This document shows, piece by piece, positions 52,334-61,697 of a stretch of 64,000 nucleotides of DNA. Origin of the DNA: Anaerolineales bacterium (GTDB lineage Bacteria > Chloroflexota > Anaerolineae > Anaerolineales > E44-bin32); NCBI GenBank assembly GCA_036397095.1, contig DASWJQ010000099.1:11728-75727 (forward strand), read 5' to 3'. The notes under the pieces were generated by a model. That model was not told the DNA's origin. It did not search any database and worked only from the letters and a program-made list of their open reading frames with translations. The translations under genes were made by a program, and so were the position numbers. The stretch's first letter is position 1, and every line of letters starts with the position of its first letter.

Positions 52334-53155
52334 CTAAGCCGGCACCTGCCAAGGAGGCTGGAGGCGAGCGGCCTCGGCCGCCATCTGCCGGATCGGATCG
52401 TAATCCCGATCTTCGACTGGGGCCCAAAACCCGAGCCCATCGCCGGCCAAAATTCGCCGGCCGGCCTCCTCAGTGGGCATTGCTGCCAGCGCCTGCAGGA
52501 TCATGTCTCCGTAAGCATCGGCAATGACTCGCCGCGTGATCAGCGGCGGCGCCGGGCTCGGCCCAAGCGTGAGGATGCTGCGCAGTGTGCCGAACAATCC
52601 CGGTTCGGCCCGCAGCGCCGTCTCCCACACCGTGCTGTCAACGGCGGAGGCTTCGATCTCCCCGCGGCGCAAGGCAGCCATCGATGCCAGGTGTGAACCG
52701 GTCTCAACCACTTGGCCGAAGTACTGCCAGTCGAGCCCGCTCCGGGCCAAATGGGCTGCCATCACACCATAGCCGGAATGCGATCCGGGCTCGTTGTAGC
52801 CCCAGGTGGTGCCAGGCAGATCGGCCAATGAACGCACCTCAGATTGGTTGGGCACCAAGACTTCGGAGTAGTAGACCGGCTGTCGCCGGTAACGTTCGGC
52901 CAGCATCACCGGCGCCGCCAGCGGGACGATGTCACCCGCTGAACGGTCCGCCCGCTCCACATAGGGCAGACCGCAAATCCAAAGCAAGTCCAACTCAGCT
53001 CGATCGAAGGCAGCCTGGCGCGATTGCCAGCTGCCATGGCGGACAAACTCAACTTGCAACCGTGTATGTTGGCTAAGCCAGCTGGCAAGGGCCTCGGCCG
53101 CCCCCGCCATGTTGGGTGACATGCAGGTCGCCATGGTCAAGCGGGGCCGGCTCAT
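52334..53155 (-). CDS. PhnD-like (phosphonate/phosphite-type) substrate-binding-fold protein lacking a signal peptide
   Basis: LWICGLPYV...YYSEVLV...GYNEPGSHSGY resembles PhnD-type binding proteins. The start ATG 53155 forms an ATGA overlap with the VOC gene. I see no hydrophobic N-terminus. Confidence 0.65.
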   Translation of the reverse strand: MSRPRLTMATCMSPNMAGAAEALASWLSQHTRLQVEFVRHGSWQSRQAAFDRAELDLLWICGLPYVERADRSAGDIVPLAAPVMLAERYRRQPVYYSEVLVPNQSEVRSLADLPGTTWGYNEPGSHSGYGVMAAHLARSGLDWQYFGQVVETGSHLASMAALRRGEIEASAVDSTVWETALRAEPGLFGTLRSILTLGPSPAPPLITRRVIADAYGDMILQALAAMPTEEAGRRILAGDGLGFWAPVEDRDYDPIRQMAAEAARLQPPWQVPA

Positions 53156-53670
53156 GGCTTTTCGACCGAGCTGGGCAAGTTCCAGGTGGCGGCCGTGGTC
53201 AACTCGAGGCTGTTGCCGGCCGGATCGCGAAAGTACAGCGACCGGCCGCCGCCGGGCCAATCGACCTCGGCCTCGATTGGGCAGGCGGCAGCCTCGAGCC
53301 GCCGGCGCCAGGCTGGCAGTGACTCGGCCGACGCGGCGAAGGCCACGTGCCCTGGACCTTCTGCCCCATGAGCCGGCACGTCACCCTGCGCCAGACGTGT
53401 CGCTTGCGGGTTGAAAATCAGCAGCACTCCCGCCCCACAGCGGAAGAACAGGTGGCGCCCTTCCACGTCAGCGAACGGCTCCAGCCCCAGTACGTCGGCG
53501 TAGAATCGACGGACGACAACCAGGTCTTGGGCATACAGGCTGGTCTCGATAATTGCGCCGATGGTTGGCCGCTCAGGCTCCAAGTGCCACCTCGCAGCTC
53601 GGTCCCCGCTCGTTATCAGCGCCGGGCAGGCTGTCAGGCATCTGACTTGCGGCCCGTCACCACAAAGCAA
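53152..53670 (-). CDS. VOC / glyoxalase-family protein
   Basis: RRFYADVLGLEP...GHVAF...YFRDPAGNSLEL. The start is uncertain; TTG 53583, after GAGG, is an alternative. Confidence 0.75.
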   Translation of the reverse strand: MLCGDGPQVRCLTACPALITSGDRAARWHLEPERPTIGAIIETSLYAQDLVVVRRFYADVLGLEPFADVEGRHLFFRCGAGVLLIFNPQATRLAQGDVPAHGAEGPGHVAFAASAESLPAWRRRLEAAACPIEAEVDWPGGGRSLYFRDPAGNSLELTTAATWNLPSSVEKP

Positions 53671-54218
53671 CCGGCCAAGTGATCATCGACCATCCCGGTC
53701 GCCTGCATCATCGCGTAGCAGGTTGTCGGGCCAATATGACGGAATCCGCGGTCCTTGAGCGCCCGAGCCATCGCTTTGGATTCGGGCGTAGCGCTCGGCA
53801 GGTCAGCCAGACGCGTCGGCCGCGGGTTTGGCTGTACTGGCCTGCCGCCAACGAAGCTCCACAGAAGTTCAGAAAAGGACTGGCCCTGCTGGCTGAGCAG
53901 CAGGAACGCCTGGGCGTTGGCAATCGTTGCCTCAATCTTGCGCCGGTTGCGCACGATGCCCTCATCGGCCAACAACCGATCCACATCGCTGGCATTGTAG
54001 GACGCCACAACCGGCGGATCAAAATCACTGAATGCCCGGCGAAAGGCGGGCCGCTTGGACAGAATCAGCCGCCAGGAAAGCCCCGATTGAAATGACTCAA
54101 GGCACAGCCGCTCGAACAAGGCGACAGCCTCCCGAACCGGCCGCCCCCACTCTCGGTCGTGATAGTCAGCCATTATTGGATCGCCATCGCCGAAACAACG
54201 AATTCGTCGGTCGTCCAA
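53634..54218 (-). CDS. tag: DNA-3-methyladenine glycosylase I
   Basis: YHDREWGRP...LFERLCLESFQSGLSW...ILSKR is canonical Tag. Confidence 0.9.
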   Translation of the reverse strand: MDDRRIRCFGDGDPIMADYHDREWGRPVREAVALFERLCLESFQSGLSWRLILSKRPAFRRAFSDFDPPVVASYNASDVDRLLADEGIVRNRRKIEATIANAQAFLLLSQQGQSFSELLWSFVGGRPVQPNPRPTRLADLPSATPESKAMARALKDRGFRHIGPTTCYAMMQATGMVDDHLAGCFVVTGRKSDA

Positions 54219-54287
54219 ACGCTGCTGCCCATTCCCCGCCTTACGCGGCTCGCTTCTGAGTCAGACTGGAGGTACCATCAGCCAACC

Positions 54288-54920
54288 ATGGCGCGCATGC
54301 TTGTGCTGTTGCTGGCCGCGGTGACGGCTGCCCTACACCTCCGAGCCGAACTTCGCGTTGAGCCTGATCGTATCCGCTGGCTGCGGCCGCTGGCAACCGC
54401 CCTCTTCGTATTGGCCGCGTTGCTGGCCGGCGAGGCGCAAAGCGGAATATACAAGGGTTCGGTCGTTGCCGGGTTGCTGCTGGCGTTGGCCGCCGACGCC
54501 GCCACCATCCTACCCGACGATCGAAACTGGTTCCGGCTGGCTGCCCACGCCCTGTCCCAGACGGCCTTCATCCTGGCCTTCACCGGCGACGCCCGCGGCG
54601 TGATGTATCCCTGGCTTGGCCTGCCATTTGGCGTCTACGCGCTGGCGCTCTACTTGTACCTCGTGCCGGCGTTGGGTCGGCGCCGTTTTGTGGTCTTGAT
54701 CTTCATTCTACTGAGCGCAGTTGCCGCCTGGGCGGGTTGGGGGCGTTGGCGATTGCTCGGCGGTCCGCAAACCCTGCTCGGCGCCGTCGCCGCAACGTTG
54801 GTCATGCTGGCCAGCGGCCTACGTTTGATGGATCTGGAGGGCCGGTCGCCAAGCCGGGGCCGACTGGCGGCGCTGGCCATCTATCACCTGGGCCACCTGC
54901 TGTTCGCCTGGTCGGTCTGA
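54288..54920 (+). CDS. YhhN-family (lysoplasmalogenase-like) membrane protein
   Basis: About 8 TM segments. The start was trimmed to ATG 54288 (MARMLVLLLAAV). The family call is by overall similarity, from memory. Confidence 0.7.
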   Translation: MARMLVLLLAAVTAALHLRAELRVEPDRIRWLRPLATALFVLAALLAGEAQSGIYKGSVVAGLLLALAADAATILPDDRNWFRLAAHALSQTAFILAFTGDARGVMYPWLGLPFGVYALALYLYLVPALGRRRFVVLIFILLSAVAAWAGWGRWRLLGGPQTLLGAVAATLVMLASGLRLMDLEGRSPSRGRLAALAIYHLGHLLFAWSV

Positions 54921-54963
54921 TTCGCCTCGCGTCGCTGATTACCTCGACGAAAGGAACAATCCC

Positions 54964-55440
54964 ATGCGCCTGTACCTGGTGCAACACGGTCAGGCCACCA
55001 CCAAAGAAGATAACCCCGAGCGGCCGCTGACCGAGGCCGGGCGGACCATCGTGGAAAGTGTCGCCGGGCGCTTGGCGGCGGCCAAGGCTGCGCCGGTCGC
55101 CCGCATCTGGCACAGCGGCAAGCGGCGGTCGGCCGAGACGGCCGAGCTGCTCGCTGGTCGGCTCCACCCTCCTCTCGGTGTGCGCAACGCCGACGGTCTA
55201 GCCCCCAACGATGATCCCAAGGTTTGGCGTGACCAGCTGGAGGCGATGACCCATGATGTGATGCTGGTCGGTCACCTACCGCACCTGGCCCGGCTGGTAG
55301 GCCTGCTGCTTACCGGCGACGAAACGAGTCAACCGGTGCAGTTCCACAACGCCGGCGTTGTCTGCTTATCTCAACAAGATGGTGGTTGGCGGCTTGATTG
55401 GTCGCTGCCGCCGTCGCTGTTGATGGCCGAGGGGGCCTAG
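54964..55440 (+). CDS. sixA: Phosphohistidine phosphatase SixA
   Basis: MRLYLVQHGQA...PLTEAGR (RHG-type motif), and VGHLP. Confidence 0.85.
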   Translation: MRLYLVQHGQATTKEDNPERPLTEAGRTIVESVAGRLAAAKAAPVARIWHSGKRRSAETAELLAGRLHPPLGVRNADGLAPNDDPKVWRDQLEAMTHDVMLVGHLPHLARLVGLLLTGDETSQPVQFHNAGVVCLSQQDGGWRLDWSLPPSLLMAEGA

Positions 55441-57821
55441 CCGGTCGCCAGCGAGACGACGGTCACCCCTTGACCACCTTCACCGGGCTCGCCGGGCCGG
55501 TGGGAGGCAACGTATGCGCTTCCATCCAGGGCGCGGCGCACCGCCTGGCGCAGCGTGCCCGTTCCTTTGCCATGGATTACACGCAGCATGGCCAGGCCGG
55601 CCAAGAAGGCGGCGTCAAGCCGTCGCTCAAGCTCTACCTCGGCTTCCTCGGCGGTCAGGCCACGTAGGTCCAATTCAGCCGATGGTGGGGGACCGTCTGC
55701 AACGCTGACTCTGACCTGTCGCTCCAGCGGCCGGGCGCTGGGCTCGGACTCGGTCCGCGCCACCGGCCGCACCTCGTCCCGCCCGGCCCGAATGCGCAGC
55801 TTGCCGATCTGGACCTCAACTTCACGCTCGCCCAACTCGGCCAGGACGCCTTCGCTGCCGAGCGTAGCCAGGTAGACACGGTCGCCCGGACGAATCTCAA
55901 TGGGATCGTCCGCCGGCTCGACTCGCCGGCGTTCGATTGGCTCATCCAACTGCGCGGCCAAGGACTCGGTTTCCGCTTTGGCCGCTTCAACCGCCTCCAA
56001 GGATTGGCCCGCCTTTGTCAGCTTGCCGCGCAACGTCTCGATGGTATGTTGGATCGTCTCCAGCATGTGGCGGGCCTCGCGCCGCGCTTCATCCAGAATC
56101 CCCCGGCGCTCATCCTCGATGCCCTGACGCTGTTGGCGCAGCTCCAGCCGGATTTCGTCGGCTTCGAGCCGAGCCTGTTCGGCCGCCGCCGCCGCCCGAT
56201 CGGCCGCCTCACGTTGCCGGTGGATCTCGTCCAACAACTTCTCAGACGCCAGATCATCAGGCGACAGGCGCCGTCTGGCTTGCTCGATAATCGCCAGCGG
56301 TAGACCCAGTCGCTCACCGATGGCCAGCGCGTTGGACCGACCGGGCAATCCCAACGTCAGTCGGTACGTCGGCTTGAGGCTCTCCAGATCAAACTCAACC
56401 GAGGCATTACGCACGCCGTCGGTCACATGGGCATACGTCTTCAACTCCGGGTAATGGGTGGCAATCAGAGTGGTCGAACCACGTTCCAACAACTCCTGCA
56501 GAATGGCAATCGCCAGCGACGCACCTTCCTGCGGATCGGTGCCCGCGCCCAATTCGTCGAGCAGCACGAGCGAGCGCTCATCCGCGTCTTCCAACACTCG
56601 CACGATGTTGGCCACGTGGCCGGAAAAGGTCGACAGCGATTGCTCAATCGACTGCTCATCACCGATATCGGCAAACACTTGCTCGAAGACCGAAAGTTGG
56701 CTGCCGGCTTCCACCGGCAAGTGCAGCCCGCATTGGGCCATCAGAGTCAACAATCCCGCCGTCTTCAGGGCGACCGTCTTGCCCCCGGTGTTCGGCCCGG
56801 TGATGACCAGCGCCCGGGTGCCGTCTTCCAGCACCAGGTCGACCGGCACAACCGTCTCCTGATCTAGCAACGGATGACGCGCACCGAACAGGCTGAAGAC
56901 CGTCCGCACGCGGCCATCGGACCCGCGCCGAGGCATCGGCTTCATGTCCGGTGCGGCCGCCCCCAACGACTCGGCATAGCGGGCCTTGGCCAAGGACATG
57001 TCGATTTCGGCCAGCGCCGCCACCGTGCCGTCGATTTCCAGGCGGTCGCTTCCGACCCGTTGACTAAGTTCGGCCAGGATGCGGCGGATCTCGTCGCGTT
57101 CGTCCAGGGCCAGTTGGCGCGCTTCGTTGTTCAGGTCCACCACCGTCAGCGGCTCGACAAACAAGGTCGCCCCCGACGACGATTGGTCGTGCACGATGCC
57201 CTTGAGCTTGCCTTTGTGCTCGGCGCGCAGGGGCAGCACATATCGACCCTCGCGTTGGGTGACCAGGGATTCCTGCAGCAGGCCGGCAATCTTGCTGTCC
57301 GCCAGCATCGCCTGCAGTTTGGTTGTCAGCCGCTCATGGACGACCTTGTGCTGGCGGCGGATCGCGCCCAGCTTGTCCGAGGCCGAATCCCGCACCTCGC
57401 CCCGGTCGTCGACGACCTGGGAAATGCGGTCGATTAAGCCCTCGGGGATGTGGATGCCTTCGGCCATCGCCCCCAAGATCGGCAGCTGATCGGCCCGCTG
57501 GGCAAGAAATCGAGCCTGCGTCCTGCCGGCAATCAGGCAGTCCCGCACCATCAGGAAGTCGCTCGGCTCGAGCGACAGCCCCCGGTCGGCCTGCTCGGTC
57601 AGCGGCCGGACATCGCGGGCCCCACCGATGGTGTGCTCGGGATTGGACTCGAGCAGTTGGCGCGCTTCAGCAGTGGCTGTCAGACGCGCCCGCACCTGAT
57701 CCAACTCGATGGTTGGCGCCAACCGGCGGGCCAGTTCTTTGGAGGCGGAAAAGTGCGCCAGGGCTGCCAGCTGGTCGAGGACTTTGGGCAGCTCCAGCGT
57801 CTGTCGGGACTTCGAATCCAT
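55437..57821 (-). CDS. mutS2: Endonuclease MutS2 (MutS domains plus C-terminal Smr)
   Basis: Walker A GPNTGGKT, DELGAGTDP, and a C-terminal Smr domain (LRVIHGKGTGTLRQAV). Confidence 0.95.
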   Translation of the reverse strand: MDSKSRQTLELPKVLDQLAALAHFSASKELARRLAPTIELDQVRARLTATAEARQLLESNPEHTIGGARDVRPLTEQADRGLSLEPSDFLMVRDCLIAGRTQARFLAQRADQLPILGAMAEGIHIPEGLIDRISQVVDDRGEVRDSASDKLGAIRRQHKVVHERLTTKLQAMLADSKIAGLLQESLVTQREGRYVLPLRAEHKGKLKGIVHDQSSSGATLFVEPLTVVDLNNEARQLALDERDEIRRILAELSQRVGSDRLEIDGTVAALAEIDMSLAKARYAESLGAAAPDMKPMPRRGSDGRVRTVFSLFGARHPLLDQETVVPVDLVLEDGTRALVITGPNTGGKTVALKTAGLLTLMAQCGLHLPVEAGSQLSVFEQVFADIGDEQSIEQSLSTFSGHVANIVRVLEDADERSLVLLDELGAGTDPQEGASLAIAILQELLERGSTTLIATHYPELKTYAHVTDGVRNASVEFDLESLKPTYRLTLGLPGRSNALAIGERLGLPLAIIEQARRRLSPDDLASEKLLDEIHRQREAADRAAAAAEQARLEADEIRLELRQQRQGIEDERRGILDEARREARHMLETIQHTIETLRGKLTKAGQSLEAVEAAKAETESLAAQLDEPIERRRVEPADDPIEIRPGDRVYLATLGSEGVLAELGEREVEVQIGKLRIRAGRDEVRPVARTESEPSARPLERQVRVSVADGPPPSAELDLRGLTAEEAEVELERRLDAAFLAGLAMLRVIHGKGTGTLRQAVRRALDGSAYVASHRPGEPGEGGQGVTVVSLATG

Positions 57822-57876
57822 GGCGGACGGAGTGTATCACGCTGCGGGTGACCGGCCCCTGACCGGTCTCGACCGC

Positions 57877-59940
57877 CTAGAAGTTGAGCAAGTCGTCGAT
57901 CGCGTGGGCGATCATCTCCGTACTGGGCAGCACCTGTTCGGCCAAGGCCCGGCCGTAGGGGATAGGCACGTCGGGCGTCGCCAGCCGGCGGGGTGGTCCA
58001 TCCAAGAACTGGAAGGCCTGCTCGGCAACGGTCGATGCTACCTCGGCGCCGAAACCGACGGTCCAGGTGTCCTCGTGCACGATCAGCGCTTTGCCCGTGC
58101 GGCGAACCGAAGCGAGCACCGCCTCCTGGTCCCAGGGCACGATGGTGCGTAGGTCGAGCAGATCGATGCGACCGTCGAAAGACCCGGCCGCTTCCAGGCA
58201 GCGGTAGACCATCGCCCCCCAGGTGACCAGCGTCAGCTCATCACCTGGAAGCAGACGGGCGGCCCGGCCAAATGGCAACTGGTACGCCGGCCCGGGATCG
58301 GGGCGCCGAGCTTCGGCCGCGTCGAGCAAGGCGCGGTGCTCGAAGAAGAATGTCGGATCGCTGCCGCGCAGCGCCTGCCGAAACAGCCCAGCAGCATCCG
58401 CCGCGTTGCTGGGGAAGGCCAGCCGCCAACCCAGGGTATGCGCGTAGATGGCCTCGCCGGTGACCGAGTGCCACGGGTCACCGATCTTCTTGGAAAAGCC
58501 GACCGGGATGCGCACGACGACCGGCGCCGCAAACTTGCCAGCCGTGCGCCAGCGCAAGGTGCCCAGGTCGTTGATCTGCTCTGTCGCCGGATCGGCATAT
58601 TTGCGGAATTGGATTTCGGGGATGGGCAGCAGGCCGGCCAGGGCCAGGCCGACCGAGCGGCCAAGGATGCCTTCCTCGGACAGCGACGTATCAAAGACGC
58701 GGCGTTCGCCGAAGGCGGCCTGCAGCCCCAGGGTGGCGCCGTGCACCCCGCCCTTGGCCCCCACATCCTCCCCGAAGATCAGGGCGCGCGGGTTGTCGGC
58801 CAGCTCCTGGTGCATCACGGCGCGCACGGTCTCGATCATGTTGCGGCGCGGCCCATTGGTGTTCGGCTCTGCCGCGGCCTGCCTGCTTGCCTCCTCGTCC
58901 CGCTCGATTCCTCCGACCTCGGCCGGAGCCCCTTCGGCGAACACGTGCCGCACGGCCGGCTCGGCCGCTGGCTTTCGCTGGCGCGCGCTCGTCAGGGCGT
59001 GTTCGACTTCGTCTCGAGCCTGACGATCCAGCTCTTGCCAAGCGGCCCGGCCGACGACGGCTTCGAGCGCCGCCAATGGATCACTGGCCCGTTCGGCCTG
59101 CAGCATGGCCTCGTCCTTGTAAGCCTGGTTGTCGATAAAAGTGTGGCCGGTCAGGCGCGGGACTTGAAGCCGCAGCAGACACGGACCGTCGCCGCGCCGC
59201 ACGCTCTCGACCGCCTGCGCCACCAGCGCCGCCGTCTCGGCCGGTTGCGTGCCCGACCCCGCCAGCACCGCCAGGCCCTCGAAGCTGGCCAGGTTGGCGG
59301 CAATGTCGCCGCCCGGCGTCTGGAAATGGGCCGGCACCGAAATGCCATAGCCGTTGTCCTCAATGAAGAACAGCATCGGCAGCGCCAGGGTCGTGGCCAT
59401 CGTCAGCGCTGACCAAAAGCCATTGGTGGCGACCGAGCCATCGCCGCCCAGGGCGACCGCGATGGCGCCATCCCAATCTCTGTCTTGAAGCACATCGCAG
59501 TGGTAGCGGATGGCCTGCGCCCAACCGGCAACCGGTGTGTACTGGGCGCCGACATCACCCGAGGCCGGCAGCACGGTGACGCCCCGTCGCGGCGGCAGCG
59601 AAAAGACCACGCCGACGTCCCGCCCTTCCGACGGGCTTCCCCCCAGGCCCATCCCGGCGGCCAACGCTTCGTCCAACTCCAGCCCGACGGCAAGCATGAA
59701 CGGCCGCGAGCGGTAGTACACGCCGGCGGCGTCGTGTCCTTGCGTCAGGTGCTGGGCCAGCAGGATTTGGGCCAGCTCGTGGCCCTTGGCCGAGAACTGG
59801 TAGGGCACCTCACCCTGAGGCGCCAACGCGGCTTCTTCTAGCTCGTCAAGACGCCGGGAGCGTAGCGCTTGCAGCGCGATCGCCTGCCAATTGAGTTCAC
59901 CAGCCTCGGCCCGGGCCGAGGAGGGTTGGGTTGATTCCAT
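57877..59940 (-). CDS. Fused alpha/beta E1 component of a TPP-dependent 2-oxoacid dehydrogenase
   Basis: The N-terminal half carries the E1-alpha TPP motif (GDGS...NGYGIS). The C-terminal half is E1-beta/transketolase-like (IFGEDVG...). The start was trimmed to ATG 59940. Confidence 0.85.
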   Translation of the reverse strand: MESTQPSSARAEAGELNWQAIALQALRSRRLDELEEAALAPQGEVPYQFSAKGHELAQILLAQHLTQGHDAAGVYYRSRPFMLAVGLELDEALAAGMGLGGSPSEGRDVGVVFSLPPRRGVTVLPASGDVGAQYTPVAGWAQAIRYHCDVLQDRDWDGAIAVALGGDGSVATNGFWSALTMATTLALPMLFFIEDNGYGISVPAHFQTPGGDIAANLASFEGLAVLAGSGTQPAETAALVAQAVESVRRGDGPCLLRLQVPRLTGHTFIDNQAYKDEAMLQAERASDPLAALEAVVGRAAWQELDRQARDEVEHALTSARQRKPAAEPAVRHVFAEGAPAEVGGIERDEEASRQAAAEPNTNGPRRNMIETVRAVMHQELADNPRALIFGEDVGAKGGVHGATLGLQAAFGERRVFDTSLSEEGILGRSVGLALAGLLPIPEIQFRKYADPATEQINDLGTLRWRTAGKFAAPVVVRIPVGFSKKIGDPWHSVTGEAIYAHTLGWRLAFPSNAADAAGLFRQALRGSDPTFFFEHRALLDAAEARRPDPGPAYQLPFGRAARLLPGDELTLVTWGAMVYRCLEAAGSFDGRIDLLDLRTIVPWDQEAVLASVRRTGKALIVHEDTWTVGFGAEVASTVAEQAFQFLDGPPRRLATPDVPIPYGRALAEQVLPSTEMIAHAIDDLLNF

Positions 59941-59980
59941 GCAACTTCTCCCGCCGGCCATTATAGCCGCCGGTCCCGGT

Positions 59981-60014
59981 CAATAAAGAAAACGCTCCGG
60001 CCCGGGCCGGAGCG
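59981..60014 (-). terminator. Rho-independent terminator after ccmD
   Basis: Minus strand: CGCTCCGGCCCGGGCCGGAGCG (22-nt palindrome) followed by TTTTCTTTATT. Confidence 0.7.
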
Positions 60015-60035
60015 CACTGCCTGATGCCGGCTGGC

Positions 60036-60212
60036 TCATTGCGCGGATTGTTCGGTTTCGTCGACCAGATCCTCCAGCAGGGCGCGGTCCTGGCGCAGAT
60101 TTCGGAATCGCAGCAGCAGATTGACCAAATAGACCGCCATGATACCCAGGATGACGCCGTAGCCGAGCAGCATATAACCCAGGGTGTCGGCCGGACCCTC
60201 TTGCAGCAACAT
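60036..60212 (-). CDS. ccmD: CcmD-like small membrane protein (58 aa, not listed in the ORF track; every listed ORF is at least 60 aa)
   Basis: Own translation: MLLQEGPADTLGYMLLGYGVILGIMAVYLVNLLLRFRNLRQDRALLEDLVDETEQSAQ. It has a single TM segment followed by a basic stretch. RBS GGAGAGGAG. It lies 21 nt after the ccmC stop. Confidence 0.65.
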   Translation of the reverse strand: MLLQEGPADTLGYMLLGYGVILGIMAVYLVNLLLRFRNLRQDRALLEDLVDETEQSAQ

Positions 60213-60233
60213 ACAGGCTCCTCTCCCGTCCAG

Positions 60234-60950
60234 CTAGGCGGATAGCACTCGCAGTTTCAATTCTTCGACACGATCCGCCAGCGACTGCAAGCGCAGCCGG
60301 TGCCACAACAGGCTGGCGTAGACAAAGGTGAAGGTGAGCAGGCTGAAAAGGAAGGCTTGCAGCATGCCGGGGGTCATGTCGAAGGCGCCCTCAGCCGTCG
60401 GATCGCCGCTGCCGATGACGACCGGGTGGATCGTGCGCAGCAGCCGGATCGACAGGAAGGTCATCGGGACGCTGATGAAACCGACGATGCCGTAGACTGC
60501 GCCCAGCTTGGCCCGCCGGTCCGGATCCTCGATCCCCTGGCGCAGCATAAGGTAGGCAATGTAGACCAACTCCATCACGGTGGCCGTCACCAGCCTTGGG
60601 TCCCATGTCCACCACGTATTCCAAATTGGGCGGGCCCAGATCGAGCCACTGGCGATATTGATCAGTGTGAAGACCACCCCAATTTCGACCGAGGCCACCG
60701 CAACATGATCCCAGCGGCGGCCACCTCGCGTCAGGTAGATAATGCCGGCGATGGCCACCACCAGAAACGCCAGCGCACCAACCCAGCCAGCGGCGACGTG
60801 GAAGTAAAACACCCGCTGCACCTCGCCCATAACCACCTCACGAGGCGCATAAACGAACACCATGTACAGGGCCAGGCCAAACAAGACGACCGTCAATCCG
60901 GTCAGCACCCTCAACCCCGCTGGCATCGGCTTCATCGGTTCTTCCTCCAT
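60234..60950 (-). CDS. ccmC: Heme exporter protein CcmC
   Basis: WNTWWTWDPRL is the WWD heme-handling motif. Conserved His residues lie in flanking loops. Confidence 0.9.
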   Translation of the reverse strand: MEEEPMKPMPAGLRVLTGLTVVLFGLALYMVFVYAPREVVMGEVQRVFYFHVAAGWVGALAFLVVAIAGIIYLTRGGRRWDHVAVASVEIGVVFTLINIASGSIWARPIWNTWWTWDPRLVTATVMELVYIAYLMLRQGIEDPDRRAKLGAVYGIVGFISVPMTFLSIRLLRTIHPVVIGSGDPTAEGAFDMTPGMLQAFLFSLLTFTFVYASLLWHRLRLQSLADRVEELKLRVLSA

Positions 60951-60959
60951 GGCGTCCCG

Positions 60960-61697
60960 CTACTCCTGCACAACCGAGTCATACAGCATCATGGCTACCG
61001 CCACAAAGATAACGTCGAATGCTACCAGCAGATTGAGCCAGGGGCGAATCGCATCGGGCGGCAGGCCCTGCAAATAGCCGTCACTAGCCTTGACGGCGGC
61101 AATCAGCGCCGGCAGGACGACCGGAAACAGCAAGATCGGCAGCAGGATGTCGCGGGTGCGAGTCTGGATGGCCATCGTCGCCAGCAGGGTGCCGACGGCG
61201 GCATAGCCAGCCGTCCCCATCAGCACAACCAGCAGCAGCCCGGGGGATACAAGATTGGTGCTGTACAGCAAGCCGAACAGCGGCAGGACGATGGCGGCCA
61301 CCAAAAGCATGAACAGCCAGTTGGCCAAGGTCTTGCCAAAGTACAGGGCACTGCGGTCGACCGGCGTCAGCAGCAAGCCATCCAGGCTGTTGCGTTCCCG
61401 TTCGGAGGCCATCGCCCTGTTAAGCCCCAACGTGCCAGCAAACGTCAGGGTCACCCACAGCACCCCGGAGGTGATCTCTGACCGCAGCTGGACCTGGAGT
61501 TCGAGCGCAAAGTTGAACAGCAGGATCACCAGCAAAGAGAAGACCAGCATGGCGCCGACCAGCTCCCAACTGCGCACCTCGGCGGCAATATCCTTGCGCA
61601 CCAGGGCGGCGATGGCCCGCAGATACTGGCGCCAGCCGCTGGCCAGTTGGCCCGAGGCTGCCGTCGTCCGATCGGTGCGCTCGGCAGCCTCAGACAC
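60960..61697 (-). CDS. ccmB: Heme exporter protein CcmB
   Basis: Six-TM ABC permease. The N-terminal KDIAAEVRSWE motif and its position between ccmA and ccmC fit CcmB. Confidence 0.85.
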   Translation of the reverse strand: MSEAAERTDRTTAASGQLASGWRQYLRAIAALVRKDIAAEVRSWELVGAMLVFSLLVILLFNFALELQVQLRSEITSGVLWVTLTFAGTLGLNRAMASERERNSLDGLLLTPVDRSALYFGKTLANWLFMLLVAAIVLPLFGLLYSTNLVSPGLLLVVLMGTAGYAAVGTLLATMAIQTRTRDILLPILLFPVVLPALIAAVKASDGYLQGLPPDAIRPWLNLLVAFDVIFVAVAMMLYDSVVQE

